Source: Eledone cirrhosa
Lineage: Eukaryota
DNA: 64,000 nt
Reading direction: 5' to 3'
NCBI GenBank assembly: GCA_964016885.1
Contig: OZ024748.1
Coordinates: forward strand, 4,464,001-4,528,000
This document shows positions 42,346 to 57,286 of this stretch, one piece after another. The notes below the pieces were generated by a model. It was given only the letters and a program-made list of their open reading frames with translations, did no database searches and was not told the origin of the DNA. The position numbers and the translations under genes are program-made. The stretch's first letter is position 1. Every line of letters starts with the position of its first letter.

Positions 42346-42835
42346 ATTTTAAGCGGCTCCCCATCTCCACCAATAGCTAACCTCAATATCAATAACACTA
42401 CAAGGAAAACAACAGTGAACAAACGATGTGATCCTACATGTGGATGCTGGATCTGCTAGATATACTAGTCAAATCTCCATCGAAATGAACACAGTAAATG
42501 TTGGTGATATTTGACCAGATTCTAGTATACTATTCCAGTAAAACTGACCGATTATTCATGGCTGGAAAAGCATTCGATCCTAGGACTGTCTGTATCTATC
42601 TGAGGTGACCTAGGACTAAACAACAACAACAACAACAACAACAACAGCAACAGCAGAAACAACAACAACAACATCAACAACAACAGCAGCAACAACAAAG
42701 AAATTAAAAAAAGAACGATGCCAGCAACTGCATCGTTAATAAGACGCTAATTACGTGGAAAAATAAAAAAAATAAAGCTAAAACAAAAAACGTAATACAA
42801 CAACGATCAACTAAACAATATAAAAGCCCCCCCCC

Positions 42836-42920
<85 letters not shown>

Positions 42921-43190
42921 CAACCACACAGAGCGGCGAGTGATGGAGGTAGAAATTTCGAGATTATAATTTGGTTGTTGTGACATTATGACAACTAAAG
43001 AGGGTTAATAGTACTAATTTATATAAAAACAAAATGGTGGTCTTGTGCCATGCCCCCCCCCCACATATATCTCACTCTATATTCTTTAGTCTCATCATTT
43101 TTATGTATTTATTTGATAATATATATGTATATTATATTATTTTTATATTTCTGTGAATTATTTGTTATATTTATTTTATTATTCATTCTA

Positions 43191-43236
<46 letters not shown>

Positions 43237-43367
43237 TTATATACACATTTATACACCCTCCCCATATATATATATATATACATATACATACACACATATA
43301 TATATACATGTGTATATATAAAATAATGTGTATACATATAAAAAAAATATATATAAATAAATAAATA

Positions 43368-43470
<103 letters not shown>

Positions 43471-43565
43471 TAATATACCACACTATATATATATTTTTTT
43501 ATTTTATATTATATTATGTTAGAATTTTTGTAATCGGAGACGCTCGGCTAGAATGTGTTAGTGTT

Positions 43566-43674
<109 letters not shown>

Positions 43675-44154
43675 TGTCTGTTTTATTTTTTCTTTCTTTA
43701 ATTATATATTTCCATCTGGTAAAACTATGCGGGTTCATGTTATTGATCACACACAGAAAGATACACACTGATACACACACAGACGTAGATACACATACAC
43801 ACATACATACATACTTAGATACACATACACACAGATGCACACACACACACACACACACTCTGAAACACACAGACACACACATGAATATGTGTGTAAATAT
43901 GGTAAATGTAAAAGTACAAAATACGAAGACACACATACATACCCTCTCTCTTTCTATCTACCTTTATGTCTATCTCCCATCAGATTATGACTATTCAAAT
44001 ACACACATCCGCACACATTCACACATTCTTTTAAACTTATATATACACACACATATCCTCCTAGCCTCGTATGGACAAACAGCACACACATACGCGCAAG
44101 CACACATGTACATGCTCTGTATACAAATATACAAAGCAATTTTGTAGAAGAACA

Positions 44155-44520
44155 AAATCGATTATATTGACTCCAGTATTTAACTGGTACTTTAAATTAT
44201 AAACCGATGAAAAGCAAAGTTGACCTCAGCAGGATTTGAACTCAGAACATAGAAAGTCGTAATGCAAGGTTACAAAACATTCCGTCTGGCGTTTTATAGT
44301 TTCCGCACATCTACCTCTCCTACTGCCATCTAAATAATTATTTCTACTTTTGACACAAGGCCAGCAATTACTCAGTGCATTACTGGTACTTTATTTTATC
44401 CACCCCGTAAGGATGAAAGGCAAAGTTAACCGTGGCGGGATTTGAACTCAGAATGGCAAGGACCGTAACTCTATGCGTCAAAGCATGGCGTCCGACCCTC
44501 TACTGATACTGCCAATCCAC
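44155..44520 (-). mobile_element. two SINE copies (degenerate 44155-44260; full 44333-44520)
   Basis: Core and tail matches. Confidence 0.8.
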
Positions 44521-44534
44521 ACAATGAGGAAGTT

Positions 44535-45082
44535 ATTAGGCATTGACGGTTTTAAGAATATGGTAATGAAATGGTTAAACGTTGTAGGTTTAGTAGCTCA
44601 CTGTGTTAATATTACTACAAATACTTCCTGATATTTTAAATCTTCTTGTGACTGAGGGAGAAGTGACAATAGAAAGGTGATACTCAATAACATAATGTTG
44701 ATTGTCTTGGAGGACAAAATGATCCTCTATATCTCTTTCTCACCTCCTCTCTCTCATTTTATCACGTTTTACTCTTCTCTGGAATAAATCTACTGAGTTC
44801 AGACCTAGAGAGGGATTGGCTCCGCCTGATTTAAATATACCCAAGAAACGCTGTATGTCAAATCATTAATTAATTTCAAAATCAATTGAAAATTATAGGC
44901 ATTGACGGTTTTAAGAATATGGTAATGAAATGGTTAAACGTTGTAGGTTTAGTAGCTCTCTGTGTTAATATTACTACAAATACTTCCTGGTGTTTCAAAT
45001 CTTCTTGTGACTGAGGGAGAAGTGACAATAGAAAGGTGATACTCAATAACATAATATTGATTGCCTTGGAGGACAAAATGAT
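44535..45082. repeat. approximately 185-bp local direct duplication (44535-44722 and 44895-45082)
   Basis: TAGGCATTGACGGTTTTAAGAATATGG...GGAGGACAAAATGAT twice with few mismatches. Confidence 0.9.
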
Positions 45083-45383
45083 AAAATAAATCCTGTAGAG
45101 GCACAGAGTAGGAGAAGAAGGAGTAGTGAGAGGAACGATTTTCTTCCCATCTTTTTTACTTAAGAAATAAACGGGGAGAAAAAAGGAGCTTTCCGTTTTA
45201 TGATATTTTAATGTCCAAGTTAAAATGTTAAGAAAATGTAATGGCGGATCCGGTTTAAGCTTCTTTCAAGGACAACATCTTCTATAGACACACGTTCACA
45301 CACACACACACGCTCACACACACACACACTCACACACACTATACGACATTTAAACACATTCAGATACAGATATATACATACAT

Positions 45384-45420
<37 letters not shown>

Positions 45421-45804
45421 CATATATATATATATATATATGTGTGTATATATATATGTATGGTGTGTGTGGTGTGTGCAAATCCTCGTTCGTTTCGTTC
45501 GTCATATCCAATTCATGGTCAACAACATAACAAATATTCAATAGCCGTGTTGTTGCCTAGAGTTACCCACAACAACCGCTCCCTCCTCTCCCTCTACAGG
45601 CTTCGCCCCTCCCCACTTCTTTCTCCAACCATACGTACTTTAGTCCGCTTGTTTGAAATTATATTTTCACCGTTGTCTTGTCTATTCTCTGTATGATGGT
45701 TTCTGATTTAGGTACAACACCACCGATTTTGCGGAGGGTAAACTCGATTAAATTACCCCCAGTGCGTTACTGATATTTTATTCTATCGACCTCGATAGAG
45801 TGCG

Positions 45805-46135
45805 CGGCTCAGATATGACAGAGTCACTCCAGGTAGCGACGCTACTTCTCCAAACTGAGAAATCACAGCTCCGATTCTATCGGCATGTGGTTTGAATGTC
45901 TCAGGAAAGAATCGCTGGGCGGATCTTTACGGGTAAAAACCAACCGGAAGGAGACATGGGGGCAGACCCCGAGCAAGATGGTTGGATACCATCCATGAGC
46001 TTGGCTGGTCTCGCTTGGGGGCTTGGGGATGCAGCCGGATCTGTTGGAGACGGTTGCTTCTCACAAGAGACAATGGAAGAAGTGTTTGAAGTCACTGTCG
46101 CCACGACCTTTTTAGAGATAACTGGGTGAAGAAGA
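45805..46135 (+). mobile_element. RTE-clade (Rex3/Expander-like) LINE 3' remnant
   Basis: LLLQTEKSQLRFYRHVV*MSQERIAGRIF..PTGRRHGGRPRARWLDTIHELGWSRLG, with stop and frameshift. Confidence 0.8.
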
Positions 46136-46510
46136 TCTGGCAAGCTTCCATACAATGTCCAATTACTCAATGTTATTCACAGTATATAGGTTGATTAACA
46201 ACTATTGTAAATGGCACTTGACCAAGATACCACGCATGGGGATCGAATCAGAAGTTCCAGGATTGTGAAGGAAACCTAACTATTGTGCCGTGGTGCATCT
46301 GTGCTCTTTGTCAGAGAGAGAGAGAGAAAGAGAAGAAATAAGTTATGATATCAAACCGAGTAACGGAAAAAGCGTACCACAGCACGGAAGATTTCTAACA
46401 AACAATCTTCCTTGTGGCACCTGTTTACTAAATTTCAATTACAAGACCTTCGTCAACTCAAGTCTACAGTAGTAGACGCCAAACTAAATTAACATTCAAT
46501 GATTTCAAAC

Positions 46511-46986
46511 TACCGCATTTTCCGGCGTCTCAAAAGTCTACTATGCGTTCTGGAAGCCGAAGGTTGTTTATTATTTGGCAGTATCGGTAGAGAGTCGGAC
46601 ACCATGCATTGCAGCATAGAGTTACGACCCTTTATGATCTGAGTTCAAATCCCGCCGAGGTTAACTTTGTGCCAAACTTAGAGACAATTGTCAGTGTTGA
46701 ACAAACGAGCAACGATGGTTGCTGGACACTACGGCTTAATACGGGATGTTTGTTTACAAACACACCGAGCATTATAATAAATGTTCGGTGAATCCATACG
46801 TACATATATATATGTGTGCATGTATGTATATATATATATATACATACTACTGTGCGTCTGTATACATATATGTATGTACGTGTACATACTTATATTAGAG
46901 CCAATTATTATCTTTTTAATTTTTGGTTGTCAAAATTAGGGTGCGTCCTCGAGAACGAAGCGTCTTGGGCGCCGCGAAATTCGGTA
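46511..46986. mobile_element. Tc1/mariner (Tc2-like) MITE with nested internally deleted SINE (46577-46690)
   Basis: TACCGCATTTTCCGGCGTCTCAAAA at left; reverse complement of the right end is TACCGAATTTCGCGGCGCCCAAGA; TA termini. Confidence 0.6.
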
Positions 46987-47158
46987 GGTGCCAAGTGAAC
47001 ATTTCCCGAAAATATCACAGCAGTACTGGACTACGATACAGCAGGGTTTAAGGAAACATTGGAACACATTCGTCTCCGGGATGTATTTGGAGTTTGGGAA
47101 CACAATGCTCCAATATTACTGACATCATTTTATGGTGAAACGTATGAGTGCTACTATC

Positions 47159-47224
<66 letters not shown>

Positions 47225-47237
47225 TATATATACCTAC

Positions 47238-47270
<33 letters not shown>

Positions 47271-47271
47271 C

Positions 47272-47362
<91 letters not shown>

Positions 47363-47381
47363 TATATATAGATACATACCT

Positions 47382-47493
<112 letters not shown>

Positions 47494-47495
47494 AC

Positions 47496-47528
<33 letters not shown>

Positions 47529-47533
47529 TATAC

Positions 47534-47574
<41 letters not shown>

Positions 47575-47576
47575 AC

Positions 47577-47658
<82 letters not shown>

Positions 47659-47894
47659 ATATATATATATATATGTATATAATAGGTATAGAAGAAGGTC
47701 TAGCTCGATATAAATGTGAGCACGGAGCCATGATCAATCACGTGGTCTGACATATTATGGCAGTAAATCTCTGATCTCGTTCACTCTCATGTTGACACAT
47801 GAATAACGAGATTCGATATGGAATTGATGAAGAAGAGCGATCACTCTAGTTTGTCTTCCATCTCCAGCATACACCACAACCTGAATTCATATAT

Positions 47895-47974
<80 letters not shown>

Positions 47975-48013
47975 ATATAGATATATGCATATATATGTAT
48001 ATATATGCATATA

Positions 48014-48067
<54 letters not shown>

Positions 48068-48225
48068 TATATGCATATATATGTATATGTATATATATGT
48101 TTATATATAGATATATCTATATATATGTGTGTGTATATAGATATATGCATAGATATATGTATATTTATGTATAAATAGATATATGCATATACATGTGTGT
48201 GTAGATATATATATGCATATACATG

Positions 48226-48274
<49 letters not shown>

Positions 48275-48436
48275 GTGTATGTGTGTATATATAAACAAAT
48301 GTATATATATATATGTATGTATATACATATATACATGCATATATATATAGATACAGAAATATCAAAGCAAACGACACAGTACAGCGAAGAAATATACATC
48401 TACATAAATTCATATATAATCATGCATGCATACGTA

Positions 48437-48490
<54 letters not shown>

Positions 48491-48492
<2 letters not shown>

Positions 48493-48601
48493 CGAGGGAA
48501 AAGTGGTAAGGATCCAGGTGGACCATAACGCACCAAAGTACTCAATACTTAGGGTAGTAGAGTGGGTAATAGGAGTAAGTAAGACCCCAGTCTTACTTAC
48601 T

Positions 48602-48605
<4 letters not shown>
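48491..48605 (-). mobile_element. minimal fold-back family A element
   Basis: Approximately 78-nt tail plus hairpin TAGGAGTAAGTAAGAC CCCA GTCTTACTTACTCCTA in (TA)n. Confidence 0.75.
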
Positions 48606-48633
<28 letters not shown>

Positions 48634-48639
<6 letters not shown>

Positions 48640-48960
48640 TATGTATACGTACATATATATATATGTATACAGACGTACAGTAGTATGTATAAACATACAT
48701 ACACGCACACACATATATATATGTACGTATGGATTCACCGAACATTTATTATAATGTTCAGTTTGTTTGTACAAACAAACTGAACATTATAATAAATGTT
48801 CGGTAAACCCATACGTGCATATATATATATGTGTGCGTGTATGTATGTTTATATATACTACTGTACGTCTGTATACACACATATATATATATATGTACGT
48901 ATACATACTTATATTTAAGTATCAGCCGTGCTGGGGGTGGGAAATGAAATTTCATTTTTT

Positions 48961-48962
<2 letters not shown>
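48634..48962. repeat. approximately 140-bp-arm palindrome (centre 48770/48771) with 49-nt tail, in (TA)n
   Basis: TTCAGTTTGTTTGT|ACAAACAAACTGAA; arm homologous to 46752-46895. Confidence 0.85.
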
Positions 48963-49020
<58 letters not shown>

Positions 49021-49126
49021 GCACGCACACACACACATGCATGTGTGTGTGTTTTTGGGTGTACACGTGTATGTATCAATATTTTTGTTTCGTATGATTA
49101 AAAAATTTACAAACATAATGTACGAA

Positions 49127-49169
<43 letters not shown>

Positions 49170-50522
49170 TTATATGTACATACATACATCCTATTTTTAT
49201 ACCATGTACATAAATTCATATAAATATCTACAAGTAAAAGTTGTATAAGAAGAGTATTAATATAGAAATTCTCCCCATTTAATTTTTATAAATATATACA
49301 TGCATACTTATACTATATATAAATATATATATAATATATATATATCTATATGTGTGTGTATATATATATATATACATACTGACCAGACGCACGATCATTC
49401 CATTCCGTATTACTTCATATTACTTACTTTTAATCGATAAACTCTAAATACACCCTGTCCCCTCACCCCCCAAATTAAATATGTCTATGTCTTTATTTGG
49501 TAGCAGGTGCTTTTTCTACACACGCACCTGTATTATGTACCTTTGCTCAGTTTAATCAAATGTTTTTTTTTTCATTTATTTACCTAATTCTTTTGGCTAT
49601 TCATAAAAACAGAATCATACATATATTTGTTTTTATTTATTCTTGTTCACTATTTGATTTTTGTTATTTATTGATTTATTATTTTATTAATTAATTTATT
49701 TATTTATTCATGTTGTTGTTGTTGTTGTTGTAGTTGGTTTTGTTGTTGTTCCTGTTGCTGTTGTTCCTGTTGTTGTTCTCTTGTAGATTGGGCTATTTTT
49801 GCGATCGTGTTATTCCTGTTAAATTTTGCTCGTGTTGATTGTTATTTTTGGTTTTGTTTATTCATTTATTCGTTGTTACTACAGTTGTTGTTGTTGTTGT
49901 AATTGCCAGCGTCTGGATCTTTGTTTTGTTGTTGTTCAATTTTTTTTCTGACAGTCAAATCCTGTTTCTCTTAAATAAACCAGCGACGCTTCTTTCCAAC
50001 ATTTTGTTAACATTTCTAAATTCATTAACTAATCACCTGCTCCCTTCTTAGCGACAAAATCCTAGGCTTCCTGGACATGGAGATGCGGGGCTAGTATCTC
50101 CCCCCTCTCTCTCTCTTTCTCGCTGTATATATATATATACTGTACCGATTGTGTTGTTATTTCTGTTTACATTTTACACCCCCCCCCATACACCACACAC
50201 ATATATATATATACTTACTTCAGATATGATAGGATACCAACATAAAAAATTTAACAATTTTATTTGACTTACATGTGTGTAAGAAAGTCACAAACAAAAA
50301 GAAATAGTTTGAGAAATAGTTTGTGCCTATATTACAATTTGAATATAGACTCAAGGAATTTGCATTCTGGCCACGTGCTCGTAATATTGGCACTGTGATC
50401 TCTCAATTAAGAGAAGTAGTTGCTCTAGTTGGTGTCACTCTCTTGATCTCTGAGCTACGCATTCTATCGAGTAACGTCACTCCAAAGTCCCTTCGGATAT
50501 AAATAAATAAATTAATAAATAA

Positions 50523-50577
<55 letters not shown>

Positions 50578-50582
<5 letters not shown>

Positions 50583-50792
50583 ATGAAAATGCGAAGTTGA
50601 AGGTGTTAGAGTCCTTTATTATTAGCCGTTATATGTATTTCAATGACGATAAACATCGTGATCTCTTCAGACAGCAAAAATTGATTAAAAGGTAACAGTT
50701 CTGAGGCAATTTTATTTGGAAGGGGGCGGACTAAAAACATGTATTTTTGCTCTGGCAGTCCGCCCCCTTCAACTTCGCATTTTCATCTTTAT
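50578..50792 (-). mobile_element. Penelope-like fragment with hammerhead and inverted terminal segment
   Basis: AAAGATGAAAATGCGAAGTTGAAGG / CCTTCAACTTCGCATTTTCATCTTT inverted ends; internal hairpin GAAGGGGGCGGACT / AGTCCGCCCCCTTC. Confidence 0.65.
50625..50675 (-). ncRNA. minimal type I hammerhead ribozyme
   Basis: GCUGU CUGAAGA GAUC ACGAU GUUU AUCGU CAUU GAAA U ACAU A UA|ACGGC, followed by AAUAAA. Confidence 0.72.
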
Positions 50793-50896
50793 TAATATAC
50801 CCCGTCACCCTTGTCACTGGAAATATGGCGTTGAGTACTAGAAGTGAATGCATCCTTGTATACCGAATATATATATATATACACATATTAGTATCA

Positions 50897-50938
<42 letters not shown>

Positions 50939-51071
50939 GTAATAATAATAAATTTGAAGACTAAAATCCAAAGAGGGCTCGATAAGGATAGATAAGGATA
51001 GATAAGGATAGTTTCAGAAGATCCCGTTAAGGGTGAAAGCAGCGATTCTTTGCTTAAACTTTAATCTGTTA

Positions 51072-51109
<38 letters not shown>

Positions 51110-51595
51110 CAAAAGGAATTGAAAATGCAACCGGAGACTTTTAAGAATATCCATTTATTTATTTTACCGGTTTCACAGTTCTTATACTTTTCAAAAGTAA
51201 AATTGAGATGGAGGATTTGTGTTTCTGTTGTGGTTTCTCTCATGGACGATGTGTCAAATTTTCATTACGTTTATTGAGGTTTGACGCACGTTTCGCGATT
51301 GATCAGCTCAAGGTTCGATCTGTATCGATCGGGCCCGAGTCTGGAAACAAAACTCATCAGACTTCTGTTAGCACAATGACGATTTGATCTTGTTTTTATA
51401 TTTCCTTTGAGCTTTGAATTTGTCATGACCCTATATCAGGACACATACATACACACACACACACATACACACAGAAAAAAAAAATATATATCTGTGTGTA
51501 GGTGTGTGTATATCCAGACTCTACTACCCCAAGTGTATGAAGTACTCTGTTGAGTAATGTTCTAACCAGTTTCAAACTAAATCCATCCTCATGTA

Positions 51596-51629
<34 letters not shown>

Positions 51630-51640
51630 CATATATATAT

Positions 51641-51862
51641 GAAAATGTGTGAGATCCTTGGTAGAGTTAGGTATATTTGAAAAAAAGGAAAAGAATCACT
51701 TCACTTGTAGTTCTAAATAATTTTATTTAATTTTATATTATAATATTATGAATTGGTAGCTCTAGTTCTACTACTAGATCTACCAACTCATAATATTATA
51801 ATATTCTAAAATTAAATAAAATTATTTAGAACTACAAGTGAAGTCATTCTTTTCCTTTTTTT

Positions 51863-51870
<8 letters not shown>
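51641..51870. mobile_element. fold-back element, further family (31-nt tail; arms spanning 51672-51870)
   Basis: About 95-bp near-perfect inverted arms centred near 51770, flanked by (TA)n. Confidence 0.8.
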
Positions 51871-51901
<31 letters not shown>

Positions 51902-52421
51902 TAACAGATGCCCCGACATCCCGACATCCCAACATGGCCGCTGTCTAATGCCTGAGAATAGTAAAAGATTAAAAGAATATATACGTACGTGTCCTTGTGC
52001 TTTTGTCTGTACGAGCATGCGCTCTTGTTTGTCATCACTCATATTTCACACTTCTTATCAACAATTTTCGAAATTGCCCTTTTGTTGACATATACAGACT
52101 CCAGAAAAAAAAATACATCTTCAAGCGGCCATTTTTTCCATTCTTTTACTCAGCTTCCATTTTGTACCGCCTTTGTTATTCGTTTTTTTATTGTTGTTTG
52201 TAGTTTTTATATTAATTTGTTTTTAATATTGTTGCTGTTGTTGTTGTTTATGTATTCTTATTTTTAGTATATTTATTTTCTTTTAAAGTTTTCTTAAGAG
52301 TTAAATTTCGGAATAATTGGTGAATGTTTTGTTGAAATACCTTATTTGTATATTTAATTATGTGTTTATTTAGTTTTCTTGTTTAGCATATATATATATA
52401 TATATATGCGTATGTGTGTAA

Positions 52422-52464
<43 letters not shown>

Positions 52465-52560
52465 TATGTAAATATGCATATATATATGTATATGTATATG
52501 TATGTATATGTATATGCATATATATGTATATATGTATATATGTATATATGTAAACATATA

Positions 52561-52612
<52 letters not shown>

Positions 52613-53585
52613 TATATATATGCATCTATATATATATATATAAACGTAACTGTATCTCTAGGTAATGACACAGTGTGTGTGGGTGTGTGTGGTAATTTCA
52701 TCAGTTGACTAATTCCTTTACAAGTTACCACTTTATAGTTGAAGATAAGACATCGGTGACGTCACAACTTAGTCAATTTATGAGAACAACAGAACACAGT
52801 ATTTAGTCAAGCAGACAGATGTTTGGTAGAATGGGTGGTGGTGTAGTGTAGTGCAGAGTACTGTAGTGTTTGTGGTGTAGTGTAGTGTGATGTGGGGCAG
52901 TGTATTGTAATGTGGTGTAGTGTATCATGATGGGGTGTAGCGTAGTGTTGTGTGGTGTAGTATCGAGTAGCATTGTGTGATGTGTTGTAATGCTTTGCAG
53001 TGTAGTATAGAGTAATATTATGTAATGTGGTGCTGTGTGGGTTAGTGTAGTGTAATTTAGAGTAGTTTGCTTGGTGTGGTGTGATGCAGTCTAATGTAAG
53101 GTAGTCGGGTCATTTGCGCCACTTCGAGCAAGTTCCCTCTATCGTAGCTTTCTGGTCAACTAACGTCTCAGGTTGGAAGTTGGTGAGTAGGAAATTGAAC
53201 AGAAGCAAGCCAGCCATTCCTTGAGCTTTCGTTACAAAGATATGGAATCGGATGGTTTAATATAGAGTCCTAGGAAATGGCACAAACAAAATTACTAATA
53301 GAGTTATATCTGAGTATGTTTATTAAATTTCAAACTGCCCCCCGCTTGTGCAAATCTACATAATAAATATACAGAAAAAATCAAACAAAACATACATATA
53401 TACTCATGTTATGTGTATGTATGTATGTATGTATGTATGTATGTATGTATGTATGTATGTATGTATGTATGTATGTTAGAAACGGAGAAAGAAATAAGCA
53501 CCCATGAAGACTCATGAAATTATATATAGATACACGCACGATATATGTATATATATGCATATATATAATATGTATGTATATATAT

Positions 53586-53650
<65 letters not shown>

Positions 53651-54145
53651 CATAGGCACACACATATACACGTTCAAATTCACACAAAGACACACGTATA
53701 CACACATGCTGAAGCCCCCCTTCCCCACCCCAACACAAAAACATGAATGGAGTCATAATTAAACTAAAATAATACATAAAAATCATAATTATATTTAACA
53801 GATGATATACACAAACTAAAATAAAAAATAGATGTTTTGCTCTAAAATTCAATTTAAACGAAATTATATTCGATTATATTCTAAAATTTCTGAGTTGTTG
53901 CCTTGAGTCTGTTAAAGCTACGTTATTATTGGAAAGTAGAACTGGAAGATTTATTTAAGATAAGATGGCACGGAATGGATTTAGAAATGTATATTACAAG
54001 AAAAAATTCTCAAAGACAAGGTGAAATACTTTTTTAGAAATATCATACGACCACCCTTCCCTTACTAAGGAAGACAACGTTGTAAATTAAGATAAATGTT
54101 CTATAATGTCGTAATTGCAAGTGTGTATATATATATATGTATGTA

Positions 54146-54195
<50 letters not shown>

Positions 54196-54345
54196 CTTAT
54201 ACATATGAATATGTATACCAACATATATATGTATATACATATGATATATATACACATATGTAAATGCATATATATATATATGTATACCAACATATATGCA
54301 TATGCCTATATATATATATATAGGCATATGCATATATATGTTGGT

Positions 54346-54385
<40 letters not shown>

Positions 54386-54475
54386 TACATATATACATAT
54401 CGTTGAAAATAATACTGCTTCTCCTCGAGCTGAATTTGTACAGGTTAGTTCAATTTTATTTATTTAAATTTTGGT

Positions 54476-54695
54476 AAATAATTGCTTTTCCTTTTGGCAT
54501 AAGACCAGCAATTTGATAGGAAGCAGAAAATTGATTAAATCAACCCCAGTACGTTACTGGTACTTTATTTTATCGACCTCATAATGATAAAAGGCAAAGC
54601 TAACCTCGGTGGGATGTGAATTTAGAACATAAAGGGCTGTAATTATATACCCTAAGGCATATTGTCCGTTGTTCTACTGATACAACCAATCCATT
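54476..54695 (-). mobile_element. SINE (long subfamily)
   Basis: Core and tail match. Confidence 0.75.
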
Positions 54696-54764
54696 GCCCT
54701 TCTGACATATATATTAAAATAAGAGGCAAATCTCCTGTGAGAATACCTCGATTGCGGCCGGCTA

Positions 54765-54998
54765 AACCTACACGTCCTTTCTCTCCAAAACTATTGTTTC
54801 CGTTTATTACTCGTCTCACTATCCCCTATCTTTGTAGGTTGTGATGCTAGGAGATATGTCTGCTGGCATCACAACTAGATGGTAATATATGACCAGCGAC
54901 ATGTCCTCACGATTGCATAACTACAACTATGATTGCATAGACATCTGATGAAGTCACATGCATAGACATGTATATTATGCAATGATATATCATGCAAT
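54765..54998 (+). mobile_element. Penelope-like fragment with disrupted hammerhead
   Basis: Inverted homologue of 58466-58700; CTGATGAAGTCACATG retained, GAAA replaced. Confidence 0.7.
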
Positions 54999-55150
54999 AA
55001 CTGTTTCTACTTTTGAAACAAGGCCATCAATTACCCAGTACATTACTGGTACTTTATTTTATCGACCCCGTAAGGATGAAAGGCAAAGTTAACCTCGGCG
55101 GGATTTGAACTCAGACTGTAAAGGGAGGACGTAACTATGCTGGAAAGTAT
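54996..55150 (-). mobile_element. SINE (short subfamily)
   Basis: Core and tail match. Confidence 0.8.
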
Positions 55151-55751
55151 GCAATAACGAGGCTATGATAGAACTAGGGCCTCAATAATTAAAGGAACTG
55201 AGATATGTCCTTTGTGAGGGAACCGCGCTGAAGGATAGCTAAACCTAGATCAATATGAGTTGTGATATCAAGAAGATGGAACTTGTATTTACCGTTAAAA
55301 TGCCCAAGTAAGTTTCTTTGAGATGCAACCCCTTTGGAGGCCAAATAAACTTACATAGATGTGATCTGTAAGGACAATATAATAGGTCTAGGACTTCTAT
55401 CATTAAAACACCCCGGAAAGCTCGTATGATATGCAATCTCAGTATAGGTTATCTAAACCTAGAGCAAAGAGACATGGAAAATCAATTTCAGTTTCAATAT
55501 ATTTTCATTTCACTTTTTTCAACACTTGACAGATTTTATTGCAAATTTTAGAATTGTGGGAATTGAACTCAGATCGTAATGTAATGGGACAAAATTAAAT
55601 AAGGCAAAGCAGTTAATCTGCGCCTCCTCTACCCAAGACCAATTCTGTCAATCCATCGCTCATGCTATGATAACAAAAATAACAATAATGGTAAATGGTA
55701 ATAACGATAAGTAAATTAAAAAAAAAAAAAAAAAATCTAAATATGAAGAAA

Positions 55752-55818
<67 letters not shown>

Positions 55819-55911
55819 TACATATATATATATACATATATATATGTATACATACATATACATATATATATGTATACATATATATATATATTTATATACA
55901 TATATATATGT

Positions 55912-55961
<50 letters not shown>

Positions 55962-56224
55962 AACTATCCAAGAAAATCTCTTCAAGCAAAACTTCCGATG
56001 ATGTTTACAAGAATGGAGGGCCTTAATTCTCCAAAACGGCGTCTCTAGGTCTCACCAACATAAGGTTCTTGCAGCTGTTACCTACTCACACAGCCACACA
56101 CACATGCATGTAGAGACACACACGCACACACACACTCAGATATAAACACATACATCGGTTGGAAAAGGAAGTGACAGTTAACTCTTCGTGTATATATATA
56201 TGTATATATATGTAAATATATGAA

Positions 56225-56271
<47 letters not shown>

Positions 56272-56351
56272 TTATATATATATATTGACTACACTTACAA
56301 ATGCATATATAATAGATAATATACGATAATATACATATGTGTGTGCCTGTG

Positions 56352-56445
56352 TGGGTGACGGTGCATGGCTTAGTGGTTAGAGAATCGGACGTACGCCCGT
56401 GCGGTTGTGAGTTCGATTCTTGGACCGGGTTTGTGTTCTTGAGCT
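56352..56445 (+). mobile_element. tRNA-derived head of a different SINE family
   Basis: A-box TGGCTTAGTGG, B-box GAGTTCGATTC; no acceptor stem. Confidence 0.55.
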
Positions 56446-56635
56446 TAAACTATATCTTTATTTCAACATATGGGCCATTCCAACGATTCATGCGAGGTAT
56501 CTGTCAGGTATCTCTGAGTTTGAATTACTGCTGTATCAAGGAAACTGGATAACATCGAGCTTATCACATCTTTACCAGGATCTCTCTATATATATATAGT
56601 ATATTTATTGTGATATTGGGGTTTATAGGTATACT

Positions 56636-56673
<38 letters not shown>

Positions 56674-56798
56674 CCAGAATGTATGGTTGTAATCACTAGA
56701 GAAAATATCCTAAATATGCAATCATACAAGCAAATATACTATATATGCATATTGCTATGTAATTTATACAATATAGTATATATATATATACATATATT

Positions 56799-56832
<34 letters not shown>

Positions 56833-56907
56833 AGCTAACAAATGCTGTCGGGAAGTGCAGCCAAAAGCACTCAATATGGAATTTTACCTTAGAGTTATAA
56901 TATATAT

Positions 56908-57013
<106 letters not shown>

Positions 57014-57083
57014 GCCAGTATCATTTCTAACTTTTGCGTTTCGCTTCGCTTTCCCTGCCCGCTAAATGCGATCCTCGCTAAAT

Positions 57084-57183
<100 letters not shown>

Positions 57184-57220
57184 ATAACAATAAATTTGAA
57201 GACTAAAATCTGTTATTTTA

Positions 57221-57286
<66 letters not shown>

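Noticed and set aside
45896-46129. 77-aa ORF as a gene
   Set aside because: Frameshifted piece of an RTE LINE remnant.
56352-56430. tRNA gene
   Set aside because: A and B boxes are present but there is no cloverleaf acceptor stem; it is a SINE head.
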